Shown piece after piece: positions 15,615 through 25,481 of a DNA stretch of 32,000 bases. Each line of letters begins with the position of its first letter. Position 1 is the stretch's first letter. Source of the stretch: Candidatus Heimdallarchaeum endolithica (GTDB lineage: Archaea; Asgardarchaeota; Heimdallarchaeia; Heimdallarchaeales; Heimdallarchaeaceae); the NCBI GenBank assembly GCA_021513715.1, contig CP084167.1, positions 2,461,174 to 2,493,173 on the forward strand, read 5' to 3'. The notes under the pieces were generated by a model. The model had not been told where the DNA came from. It saw nothing but the letters and a program-made list of their open reading frames with translations, and did no database searches. The position numbers and the translations under genes were made by a program.

Positions 15615-16130
15615 ATGAGTCTAGTAGTACCTATTGTAATTTTTATGTCATTAGCAATAATATCTGCTATTGTCGCTCTCGAAACCAAACATTTGATGAT
15701 TTCTATAATCAGTTTAATACTCATGAATATCTTTGTTTGGGCAGTTTTCATGTTTTTCCATGCAGATTTACTCGCTTGGATACAACTAATTGTCTATGGT
15801 GGTGGGTTAACAGCACTATTCTTAGTTGTAGTAGTTTTAACTGAAAAACAAACAGATGAGATGTTCGATTGGAAGAAAACAACTTTTGCTGCTTTGTTCT
15901 CTGGGTTGATTGTGGGCATCCTAATAGGTGTTTTTCTTGTTTTTGATGAAACAAAACTCACCTTTACTGGACGCGTAACCTCGCCTGCAGGAGCAATGTC
16001 AGAAATGTGGGTCAACCGTCCAACTGATTTAATTATTCAAGCATTGCTTTTCTTTGCAACTGCAGTAGCAATTGGAGCTTTATTTGTAAAACATAAAACA
16101 GATTCTCGTAAGGAGGAGATAAAATCATGA
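15615..16130 (+). CDS. Membrane subunit, NuoJ/ND6-like
   Basis: 171 aa hydrophobic protein. Contains IQLIVYGGGLTALFLVVVVL, similar to the NuoJ VY.GA..VLFLFV motif. SD GGAGGATT; ATG follows directly after the upstream stop. Confidence 0.65.
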   Translation: MSLVVPIVIFMSLAIISAIVALETKHLMISIISLILMNIFVWAVFMFFHADLLAWIQLIVYGGGLTALFLVVVVLTEKQTDEMFDWKKTTFAALFSGLIVGILIGVFLVFDETKLTFTGRVTSPAGAMSEMWVNRPTDLIIQALLFFATAVAIGALFVKHKTDSRKEEIKS

Positions 16131-16441
16131 TGGATCAAATACTTTTACTCATATTCGCTACAATCCTATTCGGTGTTGGATTATATGCGCTATTAGGAAA
16201 GAGAAACATCATTAAAATACTGATGGGAATAGAAATAATGACTGTAGCTGTAAATATAGTCTTTATTGCTTTAGGAACAGATCTAGACAATAGAACCTTC
16301 AACCAATTTACAATTGTCTTTCCTCTGATATCGTTGGCAGTAGGGGCTGCAGTTATGGCACTTGGTCTAGCCATTGTAATTAATAACTACCGTCACGTGA
16401 AAAGCGTAGACGCAGATGAAATGGCTACTTTAAAGAGGTGA
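16127..16441 (+). CDS. Membrane subunit, NuoK/ND4L-like
   Basis: 104 aa with 3 TM segments. GLYALLGKRNIIKILMGIEIMTVAVNI contains the conserved membrane Glu context. ATGA overlap with the upstream gene; SD AAGGAGGAG. Confidence 0.7.
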   Translation: MMDQILLLIFATILFGVGLYALLGKRNIIKILMGIEIMTVAVNIVFIALGTDLDNRTFNQFTIVFPLISLAVGAAVMALGLAIVINNYRHVKSVDADEMATLKR

Positions 16442-16446
16442 TATGA

Positions 16447-18240
16447 ATGGAAGCAATTTACTTACTAACAATAATAGCGGTTTTAACTCCTTTATTCGGA
16501 GCTTTTGCAAGTTTACTTCTTAAGAAATGGCAAATGATAAGAGATGTTTTTGGAGTACTAACTATAGGCATATCAGCAATAATGTCTATTGCTGTATTTA
16601 TTATGTTTGAGGAGCCAGGAAGTTTGGACTTTTGGTGGTTTAATTTCATCTGGCCAAGTAATCTATCTGTAGGTTTTTATTTAGATGGCTTATCAGTAAT
16701 GATGCTTTTGATTGTTTCTATCCTAAGCATGCTAATAGCTTTCTTCTCTTTAGAATATATGGGCGGAGACAAATACAAAGATAGATATTGGTTCTTTATG
16801 CAATTATTTGTGAGTGGAATGCTACTTCTAGTAGTAGCTCATGATATGGTACTCCTATTCGCTGGCTGGGAAATTGTAGGATTGTGCTCTTGTTTCCTTA
16901 TAGCTCATCATTTCATGAAAGAAGGAGAAGAGGGAAAGAAACCTGCATTAAGTGGTATCAAAGCTCTTATTATGACTGGAATTGGAGATATTGGTCTACT
17001 TGTATTCCTTGCTTGGTTATTTTATCAAACTAATAGTTTACTTATTCCAAGGACTGAAATCAATGGTTCTAATGCTGTAATGAGTATTTTTCTTATCCTT
17101 GCACCATTATCTAAATCTGCTCAGTTTCCACTCCAATCTTGGCTTAGTTCTGGAGATACAATTGATATTGATGCAATGCAAGGTCCAACAACTGTTTCTG
17201 CCTTAATCCATGCAGCTACAATGGTTAAAGCTGGTGTATATCTAGTTGCAAGATTTACTCCTGCATGGAATGAGAAGGTCTTCTATGTCCTTCTAATGGT
17301 ACTTGCAGGTATTTCTTGTGTTGGTGCTGCATTTGGTGCCTTAGTAACTACAGACCTAAAGAGAGTGCTCGCATATTCTACAATCTCGCAACTTTCCTAT
17401 ATGTTCCTTGCTTTATCAATGAGAGAGGGTGAAGTGGGACTCAGTGCTGGAGAACTACATCTATTTTCTCATGCAATATTCAAAGCACTACTGTTCTTAT
17501 CTGCAGGAGCAATAATTCACTCTGTAGCTGAGGAGCGGGATATTAAAAAAATGGGTGGATTAAGAACTGAATTACCTTGGATCTATTGGTTTATGCTAAT
17601 AGGTGTTTTAGGATTAATGGGTATTCCATTCATCACAAATGGAGGTTACTCTAAAGAGCTTATTATAGGAACTGCATTGGAAAATGGATATTGGTTCGTG
17701 TTTGTAATTACAGTTTTAACTGCACTACTAACTGCTTTATACTCTACAAGGATGTTCCTCATGATCTTTCATGGAAAAAACAGAGGTGCTCATGTTCATA
17801 AACCAAAGTGGATTATGCGTACTACTCTTGGAATCCTAGCTTTTCTAGTTGTTTTCACTGGTTTCACAGTTGAAGGAGTATTCAGTGATTTCCTAGAGAA
17901 CAATGAAAAGAGTTTTGGTAATCCTTTCCACATTAATGGTGCAGCTTTAGGAAGCGCACTAGGTGCTGTTGTGCTTGGAATTGTAATCGCCTACTTGTTG
18001 TACGGAAAAGGACAAACAGAAGTGGCAATATTTGAGCAAAATAAGGTATTAAGAGCTTTAAGAACATTCGTTGCTGAAGGCTTTTACATAGATCATCTCT
18101 ATAACCTTGTTATTGTTAAACCCGCTTTCTGGATTGGAAAGCAACTTAGTTATCTAAAAACAGGTAAAATTAATTGGAATATGATCTTTGGAAGCCTTGT
18201 AAGCATAGGTGTGCTCGTTATAACGGTGGTGATTGTCTAA
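16447..18240 (+). CDS. Antiporter-like membrane subunit, NuoL/ND5/MrpA-like
   Basis: 597 aa polytopic protein. Motifs: GWEIVGLCS, SKSAQFPLQSWL, GPTTVSALIHAATMVKAGVYL, KRVLAYSTISQL. Confidence 0.85.
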   Translation: MEAIYLLTIIAVLTPLFGAFASLLLKKWQMIRDVFGVLTIGISAIMSIAVFIMFEEPGSLDFWWFNFIWPSNLSVGFYLDGLSVMMLLIVSILSMLIAFFSLEYMGGDKYKDRYWFFMQLFVSGMLLLVVAHDMVLLFAGWEIVGLCSCFLIAHHFMKEGEEGKKPALSGIKALIMTGIGDIGLLVFLAWLFYQTNSLLIPRTEINGSNAVMSIFLILAPLSKSAQFPLQSWLSSGDTIDIDAMQGPTTVSALIHAATMVKAGVYLVARFTPAWNEKVFYVLLMVLAGISCVGAAFGALVTTDLKRVLAYSTISQLSYMFLALSMREGEVGLSAGELHLFSHAIFKALLFLSAGAIIHSVAEERDIKKMGGLRTELPWIYWFMLIGVLGLMGIPFITNGGYSKELIIGTALENGYWFVFVITVLTALLTALYSTRMFLMIFHGKNRGAHVHKPKWIMRTTLGILAFLVVFTGFTVEGVFSDFLENNEKSFGNPFHINGAALGSALGAVVLGIVIAYLLYGKGQTEVAIFEQNKVLRALRTFVAEGFYIDHLYNLVIVKPAFWIGKQLSYLKTGKINWNMIFGSLVSIGVLVITVVIV

Positions 18241-19736
18241 TGAATACAATACTCTCTCTAATCTTAATTGTTCCAATTGTAGGAGCAGCATTGTTGGTTT
18301 TATTCGAACAATTTAGAAACTTCATAGTTAAAATGAAAATAAACCCTGATTTCCTTCAACATATTTTCGCAAATCTTACAGCACTTACAGTGTTAGTATT
18401 AGGAATTTATTCTATCTTTGACAACAGTTTGTGGAATTTAAATACTACTTCTGATTCTTTGCTTAAGTTCGGAGAATTGGAGGCTATTCTTGTATCCATC
18501 TTTGCTTTCCTTGTATGGATGGCTGTGCTATTTAGTGTCGACTACATGAAAGATAAAAAAGCGTTAGGTAATTACTATGGACTAATATTCACCCTGCTAA
18601 CTGGATTAAGTTCTGTAGTATTAGCAAGTAACTACTTTACCTTATTTATTGGTTGGGAACTATTCGGTCTAAGTGGATACGCATTAGTTGCATTTGATAG
18701 AGAAAAAAGAGGAGCTGTTGAAGCAAGTCTAAAATATTTCATAATGAGTACTGCAGGAAGCATGTTCATTATCTTAGCTACAGCATTAACTTATGGAGTA
18801 TATGGTTCTGTGAGTTTTGATACTTTGCATGGCATATCAAAAGAAGGACCAATGGCTGGTCTGATTGTGGCTCTTTATGTTACAGGCTTTGGAGTAACAG
18901 CAGCAATGTTATTACTAAATGCATGGCTACCTGATGCCCATAGTAACGCACCTTCAACAATTTCAGCTTTACTCTCCGGAATAGTAGTAAAAGCTGGTGC
19001 TTTTGGTATTTATAGGACACTCTATTGGGCTTTTAGTGGTACAGGAAATAACTTATTGTCTAATACTTCTCTTGTAATCTCTTGGCTTGCAATTTTGACA
19101 ATGGTTGACGGTAACTTCCTCGTTTTTGCACAATTTAAACGAGAAGATATCATTGACCTAAAGCGTATCCTAGCTTATTCTACAACAGTACATCTCGGTT
19201 TTGTTGTTTTAGGATTAGGAAGTGGAACTAGTGTAGGTTTAACTTCTTCATTCTTGCACATTATAACTCATTCATTAGGAAAAGGGATGCTGTTCTTGCT
19301 CAGTGGTTTGCTCATTTCTGTGGCTAGTTCAAGAGATGTTAGAGATATGCAAGGAATAGGAAGACAAAAACCATTTTTAGGTATTATTCTAACAATTGGT
19401 CTATTATCCTTAGGTGGTATTCCAATAACTGGAGGATTTGTTTCCAAATTGCTTATCTTCGTCGCTACTCTAAATGGTAACCATTCATACGCTATGAACA
19501 TTGTACTTGTGACTTTTGCAGGAATTAATGCAGTTCTTGCACTTGGAGGATACCTTTTGTTACTTAAATACATAGTATTTGATGAGCCTAAAGAAGAAAA
19601 GAAAGAAATCAAAGTACCAATCTATGAAGGAATTGTTCTGTCCATAATCGCAATTGTCATTATGTTCATAGGATTGTGGCCAGAAAAACTAATAGAATTA
19701 ATTAGAGATGCAGTTAACGCGTTAAATCTCTTCTAA
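18240..19736 (+). CDS. Antiporter-like membrane subunit, NuoN/NuoM/MrpD-like
   Basis: Motifs: GWELFGLSGYALV, LKYFIMS, WLPDAHSNAPSTISALLSGIVVKAGAFG, KRILAYSTTVHLG. ATG 18240 overlaps the upstream stop (TAATG) and is preferred over the 18174 start in the ORF track. Confidence 0.85.
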   Translation: MNTILSLILIVPIVGAALLVLFEQFRNFIVKMKINPDFLQHIFANLTALTVLVLGIYSIFDNSLWNLNTTSDSLLKFGELEAILVSIFAFLVWMAVLFSVDYMKDKKALGNYYGLIFTLLTGLSSVVLASNYFTLFIGWELFGLSGYALVAFDREKRGAVEASLKYFIMSTAGSMFIILATALTYGVYGSVSFDTLHGISKEGPMAGLIVALYVTGFGVTAAMLLLNAWLPDAHSNAPSTISALLSGIVVKAGAFGIYRTLYWAFSGTGNNLLSNTSLVISWLAILTMVDGNFLVFAQFKREDIIDLKRILAYSTTVHLGFVVLGLGSGTSVGLTSSFLHIITHSLGKGMLFLLSGLLISVASSRDVRDMQGIGRQKPFLGIILTIGLLSLGGIPITGGFVSKLLIFVATLNGNHSYAMNIVLVTFAGINAVLALGGYLLLLKYIVFDEPKEEKKEIKVPIYEGIVLSIIAIVIMFIGLWPEKLIELIRDAVNALNLF

Positions 19737-19850
19737 TACACTTCTATTTTTCTTTTTTTACATAATTTTTAATTAAACAAATTCCTTTTTTTAGAGAAAA
19801 AATAAATAATGTGAAGTTTTATTTTATTTATTGAATTTAAAGGAGATAGT

Positions 19851-20624
19851 ATGACACTCAAACTTATTGGAACTAGAAAAAAAGGGAAAAAAGTAATTTT
19901 TAAAATAAAAGAACAAGAAAAAATAATTTCTCTTAGAGATAAGAATCTGTCGCACATTGATCTTTCACCTTTAGAAAATAATGAAAGTATAACTCATTTA
20001 CAATTAGAATGTAATAAAATTACAGATATTGACCTTTCCCCCTTATCTTCGTGTAAAAATCTAAGTCAACTGTGGTTAAGCGGCAATCAACTTAAGGAGC
20101 TAAATTTAAAACCTTTGGCTAATTGTGATTCTTTCTCAACTTTAATTCTAGCTAATAATATATTAGAAAATATAGATTTATCTCCTTTATCAAAGTGCCA
20201 GCACCTATCTTTTGTAATAGTTAATCGAAATACTTTAACCTCTGTAGACTTGTCCCCACTAAAAAATAATAAGAGACTATATCACCTTAATTTTTCTAAT
20301 AATTTGTTAGAAGAAATAGATTTAAGTCCACTAAGTGCGTGTAATTTAACTAAACTTAATCTGTCCAATAATCAACTGTCAACAATTGATCTTTCTCCCC
20401 TTAAAGGTTGTAAGAAGTTAGATGAACTGTGGTTAATGTTCAATAATTTTAAAGAAGTGGATTTATCTCCTCTTATTGAGTGTAGCAATTTGATTAATTT
20501 TAATTTGGATCCTGATGCTTCGATAATTTGGGAAAACATTTCTCTAAAGATAGAAGAACTTCCTGAAGGAATACAGAAGCATATTAAAAAAGTAGAAAGA
20601 TATTATGTTAAAAGAAAAAATTAG
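19851..20624 (+). CDS. Leucine-rich-repeat protein, about 8 tandem 22-23-aa LRRs, no signal peptide
   Basis: Repeating unit x-IDLSPL-xx-C-xx-L-xx-L-x-L-xx-N-x-L. Examples: DIDLSPLSSCKNLSQLWLSGNQLK, NIDLSPLSKCQHLSFVIVNRNTLT. SD AAAGGAGAT. Basic N-terminus with no hydrophobic leader. Confidence 0.85.
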   Translation: MTLKLIGTRKKGKKVIFKIKEQEKIISLRDKNLSHIDLSPLENNESITHLQLECNKITDIDLSPLSSCKNLSQLWLSGNQLKELNLKPLANCDSFSTLILANNILENIDLSPLSKCQHLSFVIVNRNTLTSVDLSPLKNNKRLYHLNFSNNLLEEIDLSPLSACNLTKLNLSNNQLSTIDLSPLKGCKKLDELWLMFNNFKEVDLSPLIECSNLINFNLDPDASIIWENISLKIEELPEGIQKHIKKVERYYVKRKN

Positions 20625-20674
20625 AAAAAAAGATTCCTTATTTATGGTGTTCTAAAAAAAAATTTATCTATCTT

Positions 20675-21223
20675 ATGCTAATGTTGAACAAAATGGATAG
20701 TTTCTCAATTGAAGATTTTAACGAAGAATTCTTGGAAAAAATCAGATCTTTTTTACAAGGTGTAAAAACTCTAGCAATACTAGGTGTTGGAAATGAGGAC
20801 AATGGTGATGATGCTGTTGGGTTGAAGGTTATAGACATTTTAGAAGAAAAAACACTACCTAATTGGGTAAAATTGTATTATTGCGAAAGAGTTCCTGAAC
20901 ATTTTATAGGAAAATTAGACAAATTAAAACCAAATAGAATTATTGTTATTGATGCAGCAGATATGAAAGACTCACCTGGTGTTATAGCCATATTCCCAAA
21001 GGAAATTATATCTAAAGAGTATAACTTTAGTACCCATACTTTATCACTTACAATGCTTGAAGAATTTCTAAGTTACACGATAAAAGATTTAGATATTCTT
21101 TATGTCGGAATTCAGCCAAAATATACGGTTTTTGAGTCCCCTTTAAGTGAAGAATGTTTTAAATCTGCAATTGAGCTGTCAAATTTGCTGTATTTTATTA
21201 TTATTGAGAATGAACAAAACTAA
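20675..21223 (+). CDS. hycI: Hydrogenase maturation endopeptidase (HycI/HyaD family)
   Basis: LAILGVGNEDNGDDAVGLKV matches the G.GN...GDD..G motif. IIVIDAADM and STHTLSL supply the metal-binding Asp and His positions. Exact start is uncertain (several in-frame ATGs between 20675 and 20693). Confidence 0.8.
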   Translation: MLMLNKMDSFSIEDFNEEFLEKIRSFLQGVKTLAILGVGNEDNGDDAVGLKVIDILEEKTLPNWVKLYYCERVPEHFIGKLDKLKPNRIIVIDAADMKDSPGVIAIFPKEIISKEYNFSTHTLSLTMLEEFLSYTIKDLDILYVGIQPKYTVFESPLSEECFKSAIELSNLLYFIIIENEQN

Positions 21224-21292
21224 CTTTTGGAAATTAAAAATGTTTGTTTCATTTGAAAATAAAGTAAAAATAGAAAAAAGAGAGTTTAAAAT

Positions 21293-21793
21293 TTATTCTT
21301 TTACTTCCTTCTTCTCAACACTTAGAATATCTTCCTTAATTTTACCAAGAAGATTTGCTATAGCAGCAACAATAGTTTCAGGGCGAGGAGGACAACCATA
21401 AACCCACGCATCCACTGGTAATAGTTTATCTATGCCTCCCAACACAAAGGGTGCTTCTTGAAAAACTCCTCCTGTTGTAGCACAGTTACCTACAGCTACT
21501 ACAAATTTTGGAGCTGGCATTTGCTCATAAATTCTTTTTACTCTCTCAGCTACTTGCAATGTTATTGGTCCTGTTATGACTAAAACTTCTGCTTGTCTTG
21601 GAGTTCCTCTTAATAAGATACCATATTGCTCAAGATCATGTCTTGGTGTTAGTGCGTCGACTATTTCGATGTCACAACCGTTACATCCTCCTGCATTCAT
21701 ATGAATAATCCAAGGAGAACGTACCGCGCAGTTTACACCGACTTTCTTGAGGAAGCGGGTGAGAAAACCTTCTTTTGTTTTTGCTTCTGCCAT
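21293..21793 (-). CDS. [NiFe] hydrogenase small subunit, NuoB-like
   Basis: Four Cys for one [4Fe-4S] cluster in the NuoB/EchC pattern: GGCNGCDIE, GNCATTGG, GCPPRPE. SD AGGAGG. Confidence 0.9.
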   Translation of the reverse strand: MAEAKTKEGFLTRFLKKVGVNCAVRSPWIIHMNAGGCNGCDIEIVDALTPRHDLEQYGILLRGTPRQAEVLVITGPITLQVAERVKRIYEQMPAPKFVVAVGNCATTGGVFQEAPFVLGGIDKLLPVDAWVYGCPPRPETIVAAIANLLGKIKEDILSVEKKEVKE

Positions 21794-21805
21794 TTTTTCT
21801 TCCTC

Positions 21806-22264
21806 CTATGCATAACCTCTCAAACTTTTCTTCTGTTCTTCTGCCTCATTTTTGAGCTCTTCTATTTTCTTTTCTGCTACTTCTCCTGCAAAAGAACCTT
21901 TCTCGCATAACATTCGGTAATCTGTTCTCATTTCAAAAGCAAATTCCAATGGATTTTGTCCTGATACGTGAATACAATCTTTTGGACAGTATATCTCACA
22001 ATGAGCACAAACCATACATTGTGGAGCTAGTATCCATATCATTCCGTTGTCTTTATTTTCCTTTTCCATTGTTAAACAATGAGTTGGACATACCTTCACG
22101 CATGTTCCACATAATATACATTTGTCTGATTCTATTACTGGTATAGCCCTTATGTCTTCTGGTGGTGGATTTTCTTCTAATCTTTTTAAAACATGTTTTG
22201 TTACTGGTCCTTTTACATGATTTTTTATTGCTTCTCCTCCCATCACTAGTATTTTTTTACCCAT
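21806..22264 (-). CDS. 2x[4Fe-4S] ferredoxin subunit, NuoI/EchF/HycF-like
   Basis: Two cluster motifs: CILCGTCVKVCP and CMVCAHCEIYCP. 152 aa. SD AAGGTGA. Confidence 0.85.
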   Translation of the reverse strand: MGKKILVMGGEAIKNHVKGPVTKHVLKRLEENPPPEDIRAIPVIESDKCILCGTCVKVCPTHCLTMEKENKDNGMIWILAPQCMVCAHCEIYCPKDCIHVSGQNPLEFAFEMRTDYRMLCEKGSFAGEVAEKKIEELKNEAEEQKKSLRGYA

Positions 22265-22276
22265 TTTTTTTCACCT

Positions 22277-23536
22277 TTAGAATATTGATCTATTATACTT
22301 TTTCGCCTTAATCGCTCTTTTGGCGAATTCATCTTGGAACATTACCTTCTTTTCTCCTGTAGTCTTATTAATAATCATTATCCTGTTTGTACAGCTAAAA
22401 CATGGGTCGTAGCTTCTTAATATTACTGGCACATCAGCTATGTATTCTCCATCCATTCTCTTTAATGTTGCATCTATGTTTCCTAAAGATGGAGCACGTA
22501 TTTTGTATCTTTCTGGTTTATCACTTCCATTTGACATGCCAAAGTGGATATCTTCTCCTCTTGGTGCTTCTGCTCTCGTCATGTATTGACCTTCTGGCAC
22601 TTTGGTTTTCACCCTCTGTAGTAATTCTCCTTCTGCTGTTTCTAATTTATCCAGTATTTGTTTAAGCATATATAACGACTCTAAAGTTTCATCTATTCTT
22701 ACTAGTGTTAATGCTAAGACATCTCCTTCTGGGTAATAAATTGGTTTCCAATCTAATTCATCATACAATTCATATGGATAACTTTTTCTCACATCAAAAG
22801 GTATTCCTGATCCTCTAGCTGTTGGTCCATTTGGAGTTATTTTCTTTGCTTCTTCTTTTGTTAAAATGCCAACATTCTCTAGTCTGTTTCTTATTGAAGC
22901 TTCTTCTGTGAAAACTTTTCTGTGATATTCAACTTGTTTTATTAAGTGATCTATTTTTGGTCTTGTTCTTTCAATTTTTTCTTTCGGAATATCTCTCTTT
23001 ACTCCACCTATCATCATTAATGCAGGGTTAACTCTATTCCCACTGATGTCTTCAACTATATCCATTATTATTTCTCTATCTCTCCACGAAATGTGAAGTA
23101 GTGTATCAAAACCAGAGTCATGAGCTAAAATTCCATACCATAATATGTGAGAATGAATTCTCTCTGCTTCTAAACTAAACATTCTGATTAGTCTTGCCCT
23201 TTCAGATATGTCGTTTTCTACTCCAGCCAAACGCTCTACAAGTCTGACATATACATTTTGATGGACAGCACTGCATATACCACAAGCTCTGGGGACAAGA
23301 AGAGTATTTTGTCTCCATGTCCTTGCTTCCATTGCTTTTTCTAGTCCTCTGAGGTTGAAACCTATTCTTATATCTGCTTCAACTACTCTTTCTCCTTTTA
23401 GGTGGATAATGAAATGTGCAGGTTCTTCTGCCCATGGGTGTTGTGGTCCAATAAAAATTCTATAATCACTATCTGGTGGAGCATCTTTATCTCCATAAGG
23501 ATCTGCTCTAAATCTTGATCTATAAATTTCTGCCAT
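22277..23536 (-). CDS. [NiFe] hydrogenase large (catalytic) subunit, group 4, NuoD-like
   Basis: Both Ni-Fe ligand motifs are intact: N-terminal RACGICSAVH (RxCGxCxxxH) and C-terminal DPCFSCTNR (DPCxxCxxR). About 34 aa follow the second motif (IMIINKTTGEKK...NRSIF), as expected for a protease-processed precursor. SD GGAGGA. Confidence 0.9.
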   Translation of the reverse strand: MAEIYRSRFRADPYGDKDAPPDSDYRIFIGPQHPWAEEPAHFIIHLKGERVVEADIRIGFNLRGLEKAMEARTWRQNTLLVPRACGICSAVHQNVYVRLVERLAGVENDISERARLIRMFSLEAERIHSHILWYGILAHDSGFDTLLHISWRDREIIMDIVEDISGNRVNPALMMIGGVKRDIPKEKIERTRPKIDHLIKQVEYHRKVFTEEASIRNRLENVGILTKEEAKKITPNGPTARGSGIPFDVRKSYPYELYDELDWKPIYYPEGDVLALTLVRIDETLESLYMLKQILDKLETAEGELLQRVKTKVPEGQYMTRAEAPRGEDIHFGMSNGSDKPERYKIRAPSLGNIDATLKRMDGEYIADVPVILRSYDPCFSCTNRIMIINKTTGEKKVMFQDEFAKRAIKAKKYNRSIF

Positions 23537-23538
23537 TT

Positions 23539-24057
23539 TTAGTCCTCCGAGATTTTCTTAGCTAAACTTAGAGTTATTTCTTTGATGTCCTGCCAGCTGT
23601 ATTCTTTTCTCATTGGGCGTACGTCATCAGGCCAGTTCTCAGGTAAAATCAGTCTTTCCATGAATGGATGATTTTCGAAATAAATGCCATAAAAATCATA
23701 TATCTCTCTTTCATAATACTCTGCACAGACGAAAATATCACTCATTGTGGGTGATGTTGGCTTGTTTATATCGATTCCTGTGATAATTACGTTTATTGGC
23801 ACTTCTTTTTCTGTTTCTTCATCTCTATGTTGTAAGTGATAAATTACTCTAAATTCCTTATCTGGGATTTCCAATCCTGTAACTGTTGTTAAATGATAAA
23901 TTCCTGCATTGTCATGAAGAATTTTTATTAAATCGCGAGATTTGTCAACTTTAACATATATTGTAAAATGTGGCGCCCCTTCCACTCTTTCAATTTCATC
24001 TACCAGCTTTTCTGGTATTTCAGTTTGTAAAATTTCTACGAGTTCTTTCATACTCAT
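23539..24057 (-). CDS. NuoC/30-kDa-subunit-like hydrogenase subunit
   Basis: YHLTTVTGLEI, RVIYHL and EREIYDFYGIYFENHP are typical of NuoC/EchD-like/HycE N-terminal domains. The ORF is open from GTG 24069. ATG 24057 (MSMKEL) is preferred because of the GAGTGG SD-like sequence 8 nt upstream, but the start remains uncertain. Confidence 0.8.
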   Translation of the reverse strand: MSMKELVEILQTEIPEKLVDEIERVEGAPHFTIYVKVDKSRDLIKILHDNAGIYHLTTVTGLEIPDKEFRVIYHLQHRDEETEKEVPINVIITGIDINKPTSPTMSDIFVCAEYYEREIYDFYGIYFENHPFMERLILPENWPDDVRPMRKEYSWQDIKEITLSLAKKISED

Positions 24058-24103
24058 ACGAAGTCCCACTCTTAGTTCTTATTATCAATTAACCTTTAAT
24101 TCT

Positions 24104-24123
24104 TGTTTAAAACCTTTCTTGTG
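24104..24123 (-). promoter_or_regulatory. BRE/TATA promoter module CACAAGAAAGGTTTTAAACA of the catalytic-module operon
   Basis: Minus-strand 20-mer identical to 14087-14106. TTTTAAACA lies about 45 nt upstream of the first start codon of the NuoC-like gene. Confidence 0.6.
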
Positions 24124-24254
24124 TGCTTTTTCTGAACATGCGACAAAAAAACGTAAAAATGAACTAAAGTAATTGTTATTTGTTATGAAAATATAGTAAA
24201 AAACCAATATTTTTATAGTGTTTTTCAATTGTTTTTTAACATAGAGGTTTTAAA

Positions 24255-25439
24255 ATGAAAGAAATAAGCCCAGAAATTTTTTATGTAGGTGTGGACGATT
24301 ACGAAACAGATCTCTTTGAAAGTATGTGGCCACTGCCTGAAGGAGTAAGTTACAATGCTTACATTGTTAAAGGAAAAGAAAAAGTGGCTGCGATTGATAC
24401 TGTTAAGATTCCTTTTGTTGAGGAGTATCTTGAAAAAGTAGAAAAAGTAACAAGTTTCGACAAAATCGATTATATTATACTTAATCATATGGAACCAGAC
24501 CATACAGGTTCTTTACTAAAACTACTGGAAAAAGCACCTCAAGCTAAAATCTATTGCTCCAAAAAGGCCGTGGCTATGGTTAAAAGTTTGTTTAATTTAG
24601 AAGAAAATGTACATGGAGTAGAAGAAGCAGAAGAACTTGATCTAGGGGATAAAAAGTTAATTTTCTATATGGACCCACTTGTCCACTGGCCAGAAACAAT
24701 GGTTACGTATGAAGCTGAATCAAAAACACTTTTCTCATCAGATGCTTTTGGGAGTTTTAAAGGCCTAAAGGAAGGAATAACTGATGAGGAAGTGGATTAC
24801 CATGGTTATATTGATGAAACAATAAGGTATTTCAGCAATATTGTTTCAAAATATACGAAATATGTGAAAAAAGCGTTAGATAAACTGTTACCTATAGAAA
24901 TTAAAATTATAGCTCCTGCACATGGGTTGATATGGAAAAAAGATGTCAAACATATTGTTTCTCTCTATCAACAATTGGCTGATATGCAAGGAGAAAAAAG
25001 CATTCTTGTCCTCTGGGGTTCTATGTATGGAAATACGAAACTGGTAATTGATGCTGTGGTTGAGGGAATAGAAGAAGCGGGGTTAAAAGTTACTATATTA
25101 GACGTTGCAAGAGACCATTTATCTTATCAAATAAAAGAAACAGCAAAAAACCAAGGTATAATTTTGGGATTTCCTACATATGACGGTGAAGAATTTCCAC
25201 CTGTTTCATTCTATTTAGACATGATGAGAAGAAAGAATATTCGTAATAGGATAGTAGGATTTTTTGGTTCTTCATTGTGGTCAGGAAGAGCTCTGAAAAA
25301 AGCAGCTGATAAACTAAAAACTTTAGATTGGCAAATAGTAGAACCTTTATTGGAGTTTAGAGGGAAACCTGCAAAAGAGTTATTGTCTCAAGCTAAAGAA
25401 TTGGGAAAACAAGTAGCTCAAAAGGTAAAAGAACTATAG
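24255..25439 (+). CDS. fprA: Flavodiiron protein (A-type flavoprotein, O2/NO reductase)
   Basis: Metallo-beta-lactamase-like diiron motif ILNHMEPDHTGS (HxExDH). C-terminal flavodoxin domain ILVLWGSMYGNTK. 394 aa. TATA-like ATTTTTATAG about 40 nt upstream; SD AGAGGT. Confidence 0.85.
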   Translation: MKEISPEIFYVGVDDYETDLFESMWPLPEGVSYNAYIVKGKEKVAAIDTVKIPFVEEYLEKVEKVTSFDKIDYIILNHMEPDHTGSLLKLLEKAPQAKIYCSKKAVAMVKSLFNLEENVHGVEEAEELDLGDKKLIFYMDPLVHWPETMVTYEAESKTLFSSDAFGSFKGLKEGITDEEVDYHGYIDETIRYFSNIVSKYTKYVKKALDKLLPIEIKIIAPAHGLIWKKDVKHIVSLYQQLADMQGEKSILVLWGSMYGNTKLVIDAVVEGIEEAGLKVTILDVARDHLSYQIKETAKNQGIILGFPTYDGEEFPPVSFYLDMMRRKNIRNRIVGFFGSSLWSGRALKKAADKLKTLDWQIVEPLLEFRGKPAKELLSQAKELGKQVAQKVKEL

Positions 25440-25481
25440 TTCTTTTTCAACTAATCGTTTTTCTCTATTTTTTCTTTTTTT

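Noticed and set aside
19950-20500. Regularly spaced nucleotide repeats of about 66-69 bp that could superficially suggest a CRISPR-like or tandem-repeat array
   Set aside because: They are in frame within one ORF and encode the LRR consensus. The repeats are degenerate at the DNA level and have no unique spacers.
21147-24503. ORFs 21147-21401 (+), 21701-21910 (+), 21949-22146 (+), 22402-22665 (+), 23942-24172 (+) and 24225-24503 (-)
   Set aside because: They overlap well-supported hydrogenase subunit genes, hycI or fprA on the opposite strand or in another frame, and show no motifs.
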